A stretch of 64,000 nt of DNA, taken from Candidatus Woesearchaeota archaeon. Its GTDB lineage: Archaea; Nanobdellota; Nanobdellia; SCGC-AAA011-G17; PNOQ01. Every line of letters begins with the position of its first letter. Positions within the stretch are counted from its first letter, which is position 1. The position numbers and the translations under genes are program-made. The stretch spans positions 75,780-139,779 of the forward strand of contig JBDRML010000016.1 in the NCBI GenBank assembly GCA_043812195.1. Reading direction: 5' to 3'. The notes beneath the pieces are model-generated. The model did not search any database. It worked only from the letters and a program-made list of their open reading frames with translations, and was not told the origin of the DNA. Shown here piece by piece: positions 29,294-39,297 of this stretch.

Positions 29294-29869
29294 ATGCTTA
29301 AACTACCAATAAAAGTAAAAAACATAGAATTCTTTGATAAAGGAAAAAGATCTTTAATATACACAGGAACATACAAAAATAGTAAAGTAGCAATTAAAGT
29401 AAAGAATCCAACTTCTAAAGCTATAAATAGAATAGAAAACGAATCCAAATATCTAAAGATTTTAAACAAATACAAAATAGGTCCTAAACTAATAAAATCA
29501 AATAAAAAATGCATAATCTATGAATTTATAGAAGGAAAACAATACATAGAAATAATCAAAGCAAACAATAAAACAAAAGTAAAACAAATATCAAAAAAAA
29601 TATTAAATAAATGCAGACAAATAGATAAACTAAAAATAAACAAATTAGAATTCATAAGACCAACAAAACACATTTTCATTAAAAATAATAAAGTTAAAAT
29701 AATAGATTTTGAAAGATGTTATAAAACAGACAAACCAAAAAATGTCACACAATTCTGCCAATTTCTTCTAAACAATAAAATTTTGCCAAAATCTTCAATT
29801 AAAATCATAAAAGAATACAAAAATAATCAAACAGAGAAAAACTTCAAAAAAATTCTAAATGAAATTTAA
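29294..29869 (+). CDS. Small archaeal Ser/Thr kinase-like protein (Bud32/RIO-related)
   Basis: KGKRSLIY, VAIK, IGPKL, IIDFER and KPKNVTQF motifs. Confidence 0.8.
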   Translation: MLKLPIKVKNIEFFDKGKRSLIYTGTYKNSKVAIKVKNPTSKAINRIENESKYLKILNKYKIGPKLIKSNKKCIIYEFIEGKQYIEIIKANNKTKVKQISKKILNKCRQIDKLKINKLEFIRPTKHIFIKNNKVKIIDFERCYKTDKPKNVTQFCQFLLNNKILPKSSIKIIKEYKNNQTEKNFKKILNEI

Positions 29870-30456
29870 ACAATTTTATTCTTATTGACCTTAGCAACAT
29901 CTAATAATTTCTTATCTGCTTGTTTAAACAATTTTAAATAAATTTTTTTAAAATAATTATTAGAAACATGAGTTTTCAAATCCACATCTTTAAAACAAAT
30001 CTCAGAAAAACCACCACTTACAGTAATGGAATATTTTTTCCCCCTATATATTTTTTCAATACTCTCTCTAATTCTTTCTCCAACTTCTAAAGCATCTGCT
30101 AATCTAGCAAACTGCAAAACTACAACAAACTCATCACCACCCCATCTAGATAAAACATCACCCAATCTAGTATTTTTTTCTAAAACTTTAGCAAATTCAA
30201 TTAAAACTTTATCACCTTCTTTATGTCCTTTTTTATCATTAAATTGCTTAAATCCATCCAAATCAAAAATACCCAAACATAAACAACTTTTAGCTCTTCT
30301 AGCCATACTTATAGCAGAAATAACTTCATGTTCAAATCCAGTTTTATTTGATAAACCAGTTAATGAATCTCTAAAAGAAATTACTTTAAGTTTTTTAACC
30401 TCTCTTTTTAAATTTCTATTTTCAGATTTTAAATTTTTAATTAAATTCTCAGACAT
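29866..30456 (-). CDS. Diguanylate cyclase (GGDEF domain) with N-terminal coiled coil
   Basis: DSLTGLSNK, DLDGFKQFND..GH..GDKVL, RLGD I-site, RWGGDEF, ITVSGG and ADKKL motifs. Confidence 0.9.
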   Translation of the reverse strand: MSENLIKNLKSENRNLKREVKKLKVISFRDSLTGLSNKTGFEHEVISAISMARRAKSCLCLGIFDLDGFKQFNDKKGHKEGDKVLIEFAKVLEKNTRLGDVLSRWGGDEFVVVLQFARLADALEVGERIRESIEKIYRGKKYSITVSGGFSEICFKDVDLKTHVSNNYFKKIYLKLFKQADKKLLDVAKVNKNKIV

Positions 30457-30501
30457 TACAAAAATTAATAAAAAAACATACTTATAAATCTTACCAAAAT
30501 A

Positions 30502-31425
30502 TCATTTCTTTTTTAATTTATAAAAACGGGCATCATCATCTTTCTTTAAAAAAGTCATTTTATTAAATGGAATATTATGTCTATTTCTAATTATTAACCA
30601 TATACTAACAGCAACAACAATCAATACTCCAACGCCTACAGCATACGGAATTATACCCTCAATAAACAATTTACCAAATGGAAATTCTGGTTCTCCATTA
30701 TCTCCATCAACAATTACACATCCAGCATCTTCATCGCTACATATATACCCTTCTTCACAATTAATATTACTAGACCATTCTAAACAATTATCATTATCAT
30801 AATGTCCACATTCCCTATAACTAATATTAGTCAAACAACTAAAATCAGCAGCAGCACAATCATTACTACAATTACCGCCTAAAACATTACTTACATCTGT
30901 TTCATTATTATCATTAGCATTTAAACAACCAGGATCTAAAGGATAATCAATTAAGCCATCATTATCATTATCATCGTTATCATCACACTCAGAATCTGCT
31001 CCGGGAGGACCAGGAGGATCAAGACAAGTCCCACAATCAGCTACACAACTACTACAAGTCTCACCACCATTACATTCACCATCTCCACAATAAGCATCTA
31101 CACATTCACTAATTAAATCAAGATTAGTTAAACCAAAAGACTCAAAAATAGAAGAACCAACTATTTCTCCTCCAATATAAAATCCAATTTCATCTTCAAC
31201 ATTATTAATATCTCCTTGAATAATAATATGATAACCTCCACTAACAACCACAATATTAGAATAATCAGAACCGTCTAATTTAATTAATAAACTAGTCCCA
31301 TCAGCAATAGGATCATCATTATCACATTCAACATCACCATAAAACTCATGATAAAGAGGAGGTTGAGCAAATACTATCCCAGCTAACAAAAACACTGCAA
31401 ATATCCATATTATTATATTTTTCAT
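30502..31425 (-). CDS. Secreted Cys/Asp-rich protein with C-terminal TM
   Basis: Signal peptide; CGDGECN and CDDNDDNDNDGLIDYPLDPGC motifs; TM helix. Confidence 0.7.
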   Translation of the reverse strand: MKNIIIWIFAVFLLAGIVFAQPPLYHEFYGDVECDNDDPIADGTSLLIKLDGSDYSNIVVVSGGYHIIIQGDINNVEDEIGFYIGGEIVGSSIFESFGLTNLDLISECVDAYCGDGECNGGETCSSCVADCGTCLDPPGPPGADSECDDNDDNDNDGLIDYPLDPGCLNANDNNETDVSNVLGGNCSNDCAAADFSCLTNISYRECGHYDNDNCLEWSSNINCEEGYICSDEDAGCVIVDGDNGEPEFPFGKLFIEGIIPYAVGVGVLIVVAVSIWLIIRNRHNIPFNKMTFLKKDDDARFYKLKKK

Positions 31426-34400
31426 AGTCTTGAAAATAATACCTCTTTAATTATTTGCCATATTCTTTGGAATAAACTTATTTCTGGTGCAAACCTAAAT
31501 GATTCAGAAGCTTCTATCCAATATAAATTACCTGGTTCAAAGTTATCAACATACGGATCCAATTCAACATAATTGTCAGCACCATCCCAACCCCATACAG
31601 AAATTACATATCCAATATTGCTTCCTAAATAATCAGATATCAAAACAGGAGCTTCTTCACTTATTCCAACTAAATTCCAACCCACATTTAAGTCTATTGT
31701 TTCAATAATTGTATTTCCTTCTAAAGTTATACTATCGATATTTTTCATTATTATTATATAGGCCTTTTTAGTTTCAATTATATTTAATGTATTAAATTGG
31801 AATTTGTCAGGATCTGTATGATAAACCTTCCAACCATTATCATAAGTATAAATAGAATCAAGAGTATCACGGCTTATTAATTCTGAAAACACAGATTCTA
31901 CAGACATATCATCCAATAATAAAGATATTGAAATAAAGTTTTGTCCAGGTTCAAAATTATAAACATAAAAGCATGTACATTCAGAATCATCACAATCCAC
32001 ATATCCATCACCATCATTATCATAATTATCACTACATGTGTCTACGCAATCAAATTGATTGTCAACACAAATACTTAAACTACTTCCCTCACTTCCCTGT
32101 TCCGGAGGAGCATTCTCAGCTAAGTCACAAGAATCAATTCCTGTTATTGCCCAGTCACAACTTCCAAATCCATCACAATATCCCTGACTTGGCAATTTAT
32201 AATCAAGAACATTATAAGCACCATTTCCTCCACCAGTATTAGAACATAAATAAGTATTATCACATATTACATCTGTTCCCATATAAGAAACTAAATTACA
32301 ATCTTCATTAGCATCTGCACACTCATCAATTCCTTTACAATATTGAACATCCTCATAATCACTACATGTATTATCTAAAGGATCACAATCATAAAGAGAA
32401 CAATCTAAATCTTGTGTTTCATCATAAAGAGGATTAGGATTATTATTATTTTCACAAATGCAGCAGGTTCCACAATCTCCTCCATTCATACTACAATCTC
32501 CCCATAATCCATTAGCTAAACACGTTTGAGTTCCTAAACATACATCACTTCCACAAGCTTGTGTATCTCCAGGATTACATGCAAAACAATCAGGATCATT
32601 TCCATCAAATAATCCATCACAATCATCATCTAAACTATTAGAACAACTACTTTCAATTCCACCACAATCTGAATCTATTTCATCCTCACAACCATCACCA
32701 TCATTATCATAATTATCACTACATGTGTCTACGCAATCAAATTGATTATCAACACAAATACCTAAACTACTTCCTTCACTTCCCTGTTGCAGAGGAGCAT
32801 TTTCAGCTAAGTCACAAGAATCAACTCCTGTTATAGCCCAATCACAACTTCCAAATCCATCACAATATCCCTGACTTGGCAATTTATAATCAAGAACATT
32901 ATACGAATTATCACCTCCCCCTGTATTAGAACATAAATAAATATTATCACAAAGCATTCCTACTAATTTAAATTCATCAAGAGGGCAGTCAACACTACTA
33001 CCTGTACAATATTCAGCTAAGTCACAAATTCCATTAGCTACCCTGCATTCAAATGTATCTGGTCTAAATAAATCAGAAGGACAGTCAACATTTACACCGT
33101 CACAATATTCGACTAAATCACAATCTCCTGCAATAGCCCTACATTCTGTAGTTGGAAGCATAATTTGTTGGTCACATTCATTATTGCCTAAATTACAAGT
33201 TGCACTAGCACAATCTCCAACTAAACTACTACAATCATTATCTACTTGACAACATAAAACACCACCCACTCCATTTTGTCCAGCACAATCTGTATCAAAA
33301 CAATCCACATCTCCATCTCCATCATCATCATCACCGTTATCACAGATTTCACCAAAAGACATAGATTTTACAAAACTTAATACTCCTTGATCAGAAGCAA
33401 CATACATGCTTCCACCACTATTTATACTAACAAGATTTCCATTAACATAAACATCATATAGCTCATTAGGAATAAGATCAACAATAAGAAAATCAACCGT
33501 TCCACCAGCGTTAACAAAAAATTGTGTTGAAGAAATCTGTTCGCCGCCCTTACTAAACATCACCACATTTTTACTTTTTAATAATGCACCAGACATCTTA
33601 TTATCATTAGAATTAATAAGCACAGAATCAACCATAACAGTTTGTCCATTATCGGTTGCCCAAAAAACTTCCAAAAAATAATCTTCATTACCTTGATTCT
33701 TATTTTTAATTTCTATACGCCAATCACCTGCAGGTGTAACTGGATAATATTGAGGATTATTCCTAGTTTGACGTTTTTGTTCTGTATAGGCAGTTGAATG
33801 ATAACCTTCTTCCTCAGGAAATACCAAGCTTGGAGGATTATTATTTCCTTGATACCACCATTCATAAGAATCTCCAAGAGCATCATAACCAACAGGATCA
33901 AAATCAAATCTAGATTGGACAAACTCATTATCATTAACATTAGCACCTCCAATTTTATGTATTAAAACATCATTTAGTACAGGAAGTAATGTTTTACCAA
34001 ATAATTTTGAATTTCCTCTTTCTACTGAAAATAAGGTTGAATCATCTGATTCAAAGACTCCACCATAACTAGTTCCTTCTATTATGTTTTCACTACCATC
34101 AAGAACCGGTTCTTCTACCATATGCCAAACAGTAGTTTTATTAAATTGCGGATCTGCTTTTACTCTATCAAAAACAACAAACAAATCTGGTCTAAGATAC
34201 ACAAATTGTCGTGTCCATTCTTCAACCTTTCCGGGTCTAAATGCATAAGAAGCATTAGATCCTTTTAAATAAACATACTCATCAGAATCCTCAAACTCAG
34301 ATATTTCTCCTGCATAAGAGGCTGGTTCTCCACCAGCAGCAACAAATGGAAATTTCTCGGCACCAACCACCAAATCACCGCAACACTCTCCGCCATCATT

Positions 34401-36068
34401 ATCAAAAGGCATAGAATATTCTGTTCCTCCAATATTTAAAACATAATCACCAAAATCCTCATTTGGATCATAAACAAGTAAACTATTATGTGCCACTGAA
34501 CGAATATACCAATTCTTCATAAAATACAAATAATCAGCACACATAAAATTAGCACCCTTTATAAGAAGCGAATCATCTCCTCTTGAAATAACAAAGTGAT
34601 TACGTGCACCGTGTATCCAATCCAACCATGGATATGCTTTATGTCCATCAAAAAACATTCCGTGAACAGAAGAATCATAAGTAGGGCTATCTCCTGATAT
34701 ATTCCAATCACTTCTAAAATAAACAGAATCCATGCCTGTAAAATACTTTGACCTTGGTAAATTTATATAATCTCCAACAGGAACTGCATCATCATAATAC
34801 ATAAAAAATTGAGCGTAGCATATCTCTGTCTTACATCTTTCTTTATAGTACTCAGCTACTTTTTTAAGAATTGGATCTTGATAAGCATATGAATGAATAG
34901 GAGCTACATATTTCATATCCATATAAGGAATATTATATTTACCAACATAATCTCCATATTTCCTATCTGATCTCATTCTATACAACCAAAAATAAGCGCT
35001 ATTCTGTAAAAAAGAAGATTGATCCCATATATCTAATTCTGTATCTGTAAAACCTGATTGAAAAGTCAATGCAGCAATATAAAAATTTTCAGACTTACTA
35101 GAATAACCCCACATTTCTCCAGTAGTGTACAGTTCATCATAAGCTGGAATTTTAATATCTTTAATATATTTAATAGTATCATTTACAGCCAAATAAGAAA
35201 GAGTATCATTAATATCTTCATCATATATAGCTAAGTAAGGAGCCAGATAGTCTATATAAAATAAGCTATAAGCTGAATTAAACCATGCTCTTGGATATGA
35301 TTCATTATTATAGTAATAATCCACTTTATCAATTATATACTGTTCATAAATTGGTTTCTCTTCTGGAGTTAATTCATCATAAAACCAATCATAATACAAT
35401 ACAATAAGATCATATTCCATTATAAAACCATTATTTGCAGAAATACCAGTAGTTATATTATACATAGCTTCATGTGCCCAATCACAAAGTTCAACATCTT
35501 GACTAAATAAACATGCAGGCACTGCCATTTTTTGTGCATATCCATCACTCCTTCCACCAATACCCATATATCCTCTTGAAACAGACATCATTTTATTAAA
35601 TTGTTCACTTAAAACACCAAAACTATTACAATATCCTTCATATCCTAAAGTTCCAACCTTACATCTAATATTATTAACTAACTCAGGTGTAAGCAAAATT
35701 CTTGGATGCCCTGGACGCACATGAAAAGGACATTCATTTCCGCAAATCACACCACAATCAATACCTTCTTCACCATCATCCATAATACCATTATCACATA
35801 AAGCAGTAATGGGTCCACCGCCATCACTTTCACCTTCAGCTGGAGAAAATAAAGGTTTAAAGAAAGGTGCCTCTTTACCAATAAGCAAACTTGGTCTAGG
35901 ATTATCTTCCTTAACATCTATTAATTTAGAAAGAGTAATTCCCTTTAAATCCGGAACTATACTGATTAAAACAAAAATTGTTAATAAAGAAATAAATAAA
36001 ATACCTATAACTATTCTATTCCTATTAATAATAGGTTTCCTCTTTTTTGAACTCATTACGATTATCAA
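31422..36068 (-). CDS. Membrane-anchored heparinase II/III-like polysaccharide lyase with disintegrin-like and Ca-binding Cys repeats
   Basis: HPRILLTPE, YFRSDW, NHFVISR, AHNSLLVYDPNEDF, RQFVYL..VVFDRV; CRAIAGDCDLVEYCDG-type repeats; LNVGWNLVG C-terminal domain. Confidence 0.72.
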   Translation of the reverse strand: MIIVMSSKKRKPIINRNRIVIGILFISLLTIFVLISIVPDLKGITLSKLIDVKEDNPRPSLLIGKEAPFFKPLFSPAEGESDGGGPITALCDNGIMDDGEEGIDCGVICGNECPFHVRPGHPRILLTPELVNNIRCKVGTLGYEGYCNSFGVLSEQFNKMMSVSRGYMGIGGRSDGYAQKMAVPACLFSQDVELCDWAHEAMYNITTGISANNGFIMEYDLIVLYYDWFYDELTPEEKPIYEQYIIDKVDYYYNNESYPRAWFNSAYSLFYIDYLAPYLAIYDEDINDTLSYLAVNDTIKYIKDIKIPAYDELYTTGEMWGYSSKSENFYIAALTFQSGFTDTELDIWDQSSFLQNSAYFWLYRMRSDRKYGDYVGKYNIPYMDMKYVAPIHSYAYQDPILKKVAEYYKERCKTEICYAQFFMYYDDAVPVGDYINLPRSKYFTGMDSVYFRSDWNISGDSPTYDSSVHGMFFDGHKAYPWLDWIHGARNHFVISRGDDSLLIKGANFMCADYLYFMKNWYIRSVAHNSLLVYDPNEDFGDYVLNIGGTEYSMPFDNDGGECCGDLVVGAEKFPFVAAGGEPASYAGEISEFEDSDEYVYLKGSNASYAFRPGKVEEWTRQFVYLRPDLFVVFDRVKADPQFNKTTVWHMVEEPVLDGSENIIEGTSYGGVFESDDSTLFSVERGNSKLFGKTLLPVLNDVLIHKIGGANVNDNEFVQSRFDFDPVGYDALGDSYEWWYQGNNNPPSLVFPEEEGYHSTAYTEQKRQTRNNPQYYPVTPAGDWRIEIKNKNQGNEDYFLEVFWATDNGQTVMVDSVLINSNDNKMSGALLKSKNVVMFSKGGEQISSTQFFVNAGGTVDFLIVDLIPNELYDVYVNGNLVSINSGGSMYVASDQGVLSFVKSMSFGEICDNGDDDDGDGDVDCFDTDCAGQNGVGGVLCCQVDNDCSSLVGDCASATCNLGNNECDQQIMLPTTECRAIAGDCDLVEYCDGVNVDCPSDLFRPDTFECRVANGICDLAEYCTGSSVDCPLDEFKLVGMLCDNIYLCSNTGGGDNSYNVLDYKLPSQGYCDGFGSCDWAITGVDSCDLAENAPLQQGSEGSSLGICVDNQFDCVDTCSDNYDNDGDGCEDEIDSDCGGIESSCSNSLDDDCDGLFDGNDPDCFACNPGDTQACGSDVCLGTQTCLANGLWGDCSMNGGDCGTCCICENNNNPNPLYDETQDLDCSLYDCDPLDNTCSDYEDVQYCKGIDECADANEDCNLVSYMGTDVICDNTYLCSNTGGGNGAYNVLDYKLPSQGYCDGFGSCDWAITGIDSCDLAENAPPEQGSEGSSLSICVDNQFDCVDTCSDNYDNDGDGYVDCDDSECTCFYVYNFEPGQNFISISLLLDDMSVESVFSELISRDTLDSIYTYDNGWKVYHTDPDKFQFNTLNIIETKKAYIIIMKNIDSITLEGNTIIETIDLNVGWNLVGISEEAPVLISDYLGSNIGYVISVWGWDGADNYVELDPYVDNFEPGNLYWIEASESFRFAPEISLFQRIWQIIKEVLFSRL
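32005..32951. repeat. Intragenic ~260-bp direct duplication (32005-32264 / 32692-32951)
   Basis: Near-identical DNA encoding CDNxYLCSNTGGG...CVDTCSDNYDNDGDG twice. Confidence 0.9.
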
Positions 36069-36091
36069 ACTATTTTAGTATTTAAAGATTA

Positions 36092-37210
36092 CTAATAATC
36101 TCGTTCTAATACATAAATTTCCCTATCAATAATACTTTTATCTTTTTTATACATAATAGGCAATTTAATATTGTCACAAAGCTTAACTATTTTAAATCCA
36201 GTTTTCCTAAAAAGCTCATCAAAATCAATCTTAACTCTTCCACTTTTTGTTTTAAACATAGGAAAAATAATAGCAACTTTTCCATTTTTTTTCAAAACAT
36301 CTTTCAAGGAATTAAAAAACTTAGAATAAAGTTCATTTAAATTTGAAATAATTTTCAAAGCTTCTTCACGTGTAGGTATTTTTTTTAAATAAGGTCCTAA
36401 AAAAGGCTCACTAACAACACAATCTATAGAATTTTTTTTAAATATCTTATTTATATTAACAACATCATTATTATAAATCTTAAATCTTTTATTAATTTTA
36501 TATTTATCAACTGTAAACTTAATATTTTTCAAAGCACTCTTAGAAGTATCTTTTTCTAATTCAACCCCAAAAACATTAATATTCATCAACAAAGCTTCTT
36601 GTAAAATAATTCCCATTCCACAAAAAGGATCTAACAAAATACTATTTTCTTTAGCCTGTGACAAATTGATTAAAATCTTAGCTAACCTAATAGAAATGCT
36701 CTTAACAAAATCATTGTATGGTCTCTCATCATCCCTTTTTTTATATTCAGAAGGATTAGAAACAGCTACAGTCTTAGAAACACAATTATCAAACAAAATA
36801 AACTCTAAAATATTTTTATTCATATCTCTAGGATCAAAACTTAATTTTTCTTTCTTTTTTCTATTTGCTTTGATTTTATTTTCTTTAAACCATTTTTTTA
36901 AATAATCTTCAAATTTTTCAAATAATTTAGATTTACCATAAACACCTATACAATAATTTAATTTATTCTTAGTTCCATCATAGACATTTATATCATCAAA
37001 ATTTTCTTCAGAAACTACTAGCCCGATTTTTATAATTCCTCCCAATCTAGAGATAGCCTTGCTATAATCAAATTTATCTAAACTAAAAACTGCAATTTCA
37101 TCATTACATTTTTTCAATTCATAATTAATATTATTTACTTTAAAATAACTTATCAATTCCAAAAAAGACAATTCAGGATCTCTTCCTAAAACAAACACAT
37201 AGTCCTTCAT
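36092..37210 (-). CDS. Trm11-like tRNA methyltransferase (SAM-dependent)
   Basis: ISIRLAKILINL, LDPFCGMG and VSEPFLG motifs; likely start MKDYVFVLGR at 37210. Confidence 0.8.
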   Translation of the reverse strand: MKDYVFVLGRDPELSFLELISYFKVNNINYELKKCNDEIAVFSLDKFDYSKAISRLGGIIKIGLVVSEENFDDINVYDGTKNKLNYCIGVYGKSKLFEKFEDYLKKWFKENKIKANRKKKEKLSFDPRDMNKNILEFILFDNCVSKTVAVSNPSEYKKRDDERPYNDFVKSISIRLAKILINLSQAKENSILLDPFCGMGIILQEALLMNINVFGVELEKDTSKSALKNIKFTVDKYKINKRFKIYNNDVVNINKIFKKNSIDCVVSEPFLGPYLKKIPTREEALKIISNLNELYSKFFNSLKDVLKKNGKVAIIFPMFKTKSGRVKIDFDELFRKTGFKIVKLCDNIKLPIMYKKDKSIIDREIYVLERDY

Positions 37211-38490
37211 TTTATCAATAACCATTTCCATAATGGAATAAACCTAATACCTTGCTCTTTCTTTTCTAAATCTCTGGTTAACACCATAATCTCTTTAGTT
37301 TTTTTAAATAGTTTCTTAAATTCTAATAAAGATTTAATCTCCCTCTCATCAATTTCATTTGCATAGCAAACATTTATAGCAGTTAGAGTTTGGTCCCTAT
37401 TCTTAATCACAAAATCAACTTCTCCTTTATTTTTCCAATAATAAACATCCTTTTCTCTCCTTTTTAGTTCAATAAAAACCAAATTTTCTGCCAAACGTCC
37501 TTCATCCTTTGAAAATTTAAATGAAACAGCATTCCTTAAACCATTATCTATACAAAATATCTTAGAAGCAAGAATCTTTTGCTCTTTAAATGAATAAGAA
37601 AAATGATCCAAAATAAAAAACAAAAAGCTCTCATTGTAATAAGATAAATAATCCTTAATAGTATCATAAGAAATGCCCAAAGAATTTCTTAAGTTCCTCA
37701 AAGAAATCAAACTTGTAAAATTTGTTACTAAAAATAATGCCAAATCTTTTACTTTTTGGCTATTTAAATTATATCTGTCAATAACATCTTTATATAAAAT
37801 ATCATCAAAATACTGTTCTAAAATTTTAATTTTGTATCTTTCTGGTTTAAAGAAAATTTCTGGAAAGCCTCCTAAACTTAAATATTTCTTAAAATGTTTT
37901 AATATTATATATTTTGTTTTCTCCAATAAAATACCTTTTTTTAGCTTCACTTTATCTACGAATATTTTTTCAAATAAAAGATATTCAGCAAAAGAAAGAG
38001 GAAACACATCAAATGTTAAATTTCTTCCTGTAAGAAGAGTAGAATACTCTTTTTTTAATAAATAAGAACAAGAACCTGAAATAATAAATTTATCATCAGT
38101 TTTTAAATCATATTTTTTTCTAATCCACTGCTCCCATCCACTCTTTTTATGAATCTCATCCAAGAATATATATGCTTTTTTATCAGGGTTCAAACTTTCT
38201 TTATACATATTATATATATCTTCAAGACCTAAATTAACTAATTTTTTATCCTCCAAATTTACAAATAATATTTGTTTTGGATTTATTCCTTTTTTAATCA
38301 AATTATCAACCATTTGATACATTAAAGTGCTTTTCCCAGACCTCCTAACACCAGTAATTACTGTTATCTCTCTAATATCAATAGAATTAACCAAATCAAT
38401 ATAATCAGACCTATCTTTTCCTTTCAAATCCCTTATTAATCCTGGCTCTTCCCACCAAGGATTCCATTCTTTTAAAATTTCTATTATCAT
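37207..38490 (-). CDS. AAA_14 ATPase with DUF4143 / C-terminal PD-(D/E)XK-like domain
   Basis: NPWW, GVRRSGKST, FLDEI, GGFPE, ENLVFIEL, EVDFV and IPLWKWLL motifs. Confidence 0.9.
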   Translation of the reverse strand: MIIEILKEWNPWWEEPGLIRDLKGKDRSDYIDLVNSIDIREITVITGVRRSGKSTLMYQMVDNLIKKGINPKQILFVNLEDKKLVNLGLEDIYNMYKESLNPDKKAYIFLDEIHKKSGWEQWIRKKYDLKTDDKFIISGSCSYLLKKEYSTLLTGRNLTFDVFPLSFAEYLLFEKIFVDKVKLKKGILLEKTKYIILKHFKKYLSLGGFPEIFFKPERYKIKILEQYFDDILYKDVIDRYNLNSQKVKDLALFLVTNFTSLISLRNLRNSLGISYDTIKDYLSYYNESFLFFILDHFSYSFKEQKILASKIFCIDNGLRNAVSFKFSKDEGRLAENLVFIELKRREKDVYYWKNKGEVDFVIKNRDQTLTAINVCYANEIDEREIKSLLEFKKLFKKTKEIMVLTRDLEKKEQGIRFIPLWKWLLIK

Positions 38491-38543
38491 GTTACGTTTT
38501 AGTGTAACATCTTATATATAAATGTTACGTTTTAGTGTAACAT
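38489..38543. promoter_or_regulatory. Two identical 22-bp palindromic operator-like sites flanking a TATA box
   Basis: ATGTTAC-GTTTTAGT-GTAACAT at 38489-38510 and 38522-38543, with TTATATATAA between them. Confidence 0.8.
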
Positions 38544-38697
38544 TCACTTCTTTTTCCTCCCCTTAAGTTTGAAATAAACAAACCTTCATTTTATCAACAG
38601 CCATTTCCATAATGGAATAAAACTAACTTATTCTTAGATAGTATGAAAAACCAAACATTTATATAATCTTTCTTACATATCTTACTACTAAGAAAAA

Positions 38698-38952
38698 ATG
38701 AAAGAAGAAATAAAAGATATAAGGACCGTAAAAATAACGGAGAAAGGGCAAATTTGTATTCCTAATGTTGCGAGAGATCTCGCAGGATTTAGTAAAGGAA
38801 CAAAAATAAGCATAGTAGTTTATAATGATAGAGTCGAATTAAGACCCTTAAAAAAAATTAGCAAAGATATGCTTTCTGCTTTAATCTCAGAGGAAGTTCT
38901 TGCAGAAGCATGGAATACTCCAGAAGAGGATGAAGCATGGAAAGATTTGTAA
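38698..38952 (+). CDS. mazE: AbrB/MazE antitoxin
   Basis: KITEKGQICIP motif and WNTPEEDEAWKDL tail; overlaps the toxin gene. Confidence 0.85.
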   Translation: MKEEIKDIRTVKITEKGQICIPNVARDLAGFSKGTKISIVVYNDRVELRPLKKISKDMLSALISEEVLAEAWNTPEEDEAWKDL

Positions 38953-39278
38953 ATTACGAAAAGGGTGATGTGGTTATTTTTCAATTTCCTTTTTCTGAAG
39001 GGGAAAAGGTAAAAAAGAGACCTTCTTTAGTTGTAGCTAAACTCAAGGGAAATAGTGTTATACTCTGCCAGATTACTGGACAACCAAGACCAGACCCCAA
39101 CATACTTGAATTAAAAAGTGAGGAATTTCTATCAGGAGGAATTTTTAGAGATAGTTATATTCGCCCATCAATTTTATTTACAATTAATAAATCTCGGATA
39201 GATTACAAGGCAGGAAAACTAAAACAAGAAAAAATTAAACAGGTTGAAAAAGAACTTATAAAAATTTTTACTCAATAA
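38937..39278 (+). CDS. mazF: PemK/MazF toxin
   Basis: KGDVVIFQFPFS...KKRPSLVV...CQIT motifs. Confidence 0.88.
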   Translation: MERFVNYEKGDVVIFQFPFSEGEKVKKRPSLVVAKLKGNSVILCQITGQPRPDPNILELKSEEFLSGGIFRDSYIRPSILFTINKSRIDYKAGKLKQEKIKQVEKELIKIFTQ

Positions 39279-39297
39279 AATTCCCCCCAAGATTAAT

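Larger units (their letters stand above)
37204..38626. repeat. 44-bp direct repeat flanking the AAA ATPase gene (37204-37247 / 38583-38626)
   Basis: CCTTCATTTTATCAAyArCCATTTCCATAATGGAATAAAmCTAA, 41/44 identical by manual alignment. Confidence 0.9.

Noticed and set aside
32005-32951. Diversity-generating retroelement TR/VR pair
   Set aside because: Mismatches are not confined to adenines of one copy, both copies are in-frame coding, and there is no reverse transcriptase in the window.
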